Virus record (IMG/VR): IMGVR_UViG_3300028805_000004
Length of the DNA stretch: 64,000 nt
Direction: 5' to 3' (one strand)
From: an uncultured virus (IMG/VR IMGVR_UViG_3300028805_000004)
Lineage: Duplodnaviria > Heunggongvirae > Uroviricota > Caudoviricetes
Positions 63,958 to 64,000 of the stretch are shown piece after piece. Position 1 is the first letter of the stretch, and each line of letters starts with the position of its first letter. The notes beneath the pieces are model-generated. The model made no database searches. It saw only the letters and a list, made by a program, of their open reading frames with translations, and was not told the DNA's origin. Position numbers and translations under genes: made by a program.

Positions 63958-64000
63958 TGTTAACTCCTTGTAGAGGAAAAACCCGGGTTCAAAAATATAA
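63899..64000. repeat. Terminal direct repeat, identical to 1-102
   Basis: Exact match by eye. Confidence 0.95.

Noticed and set aside
63899..64000. Biological terminal repeat of the virion DNA
   Set aside because: It cuts through the endolysin start and looks like an assembler overlap; a cos-like site lies elsewhere (133-141)
1..64000. Prophage or temperate lifestyle
   Set aside because: No integrase, repressor/antirepressor switch, partition genes or flanking host genes recognised; all genes are co-oriented

Overview
The window holds one essentially complete tailed dsDNA phage genome (siphovirus type). The unit length is 63,898 bp, because bases 63899-64000 repeat bases 1-102, as expected for a circular assembly. 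All credible genes are on the minus strand, and I see no integrase or repressor. Strong AGGAGG ribosome-binding sites and a Dp-1-type holin suggest a Gram-positive, probably Bacillota, host (inference). Read on the minus strand from a probable cos site (CGCCGCCCT, 133-141), the order is: endolysin, TerS, HNH, TerL, a block of 'HHGxKGxKWG'-tagged proteins, portal, protease-scaffold-capsid fusion, tail genes, a six-gene module of unknown function, holin, an array of small promoter-gene-terminator cassettes, nucleotide metabolism, a fused helicase-primase-PolB, SSB, helicase, nucleases, and a 928-aa single-chain two-barrel (DFDGD) RNA polymerase. The main candidate new system has four linked parts. 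(1) An N-terminal tag with nearby [LIV]-x-H sites is shared by head-region proteins, a four-module polyprotein ending in a papain-fold toxin with a coupled immunity-like gene, and the RNA polymerase. (2) The same x-x-H sites cluster in the capsid precursor linker, suggesting protease-processed, capsid-packaged cargo. (3) Sixteen copies of a non-sigma70 promoter-like motif (CGC-N7-TC-N8-TAATGA) drive the cassette array. (4) Two of those cassettes encode tRNA-like RNAs instead of proteins. There is also a ~109-bp palindromic element in five near-identical, co-oriented copies. All functional calls come from motif reading; no searches were run.
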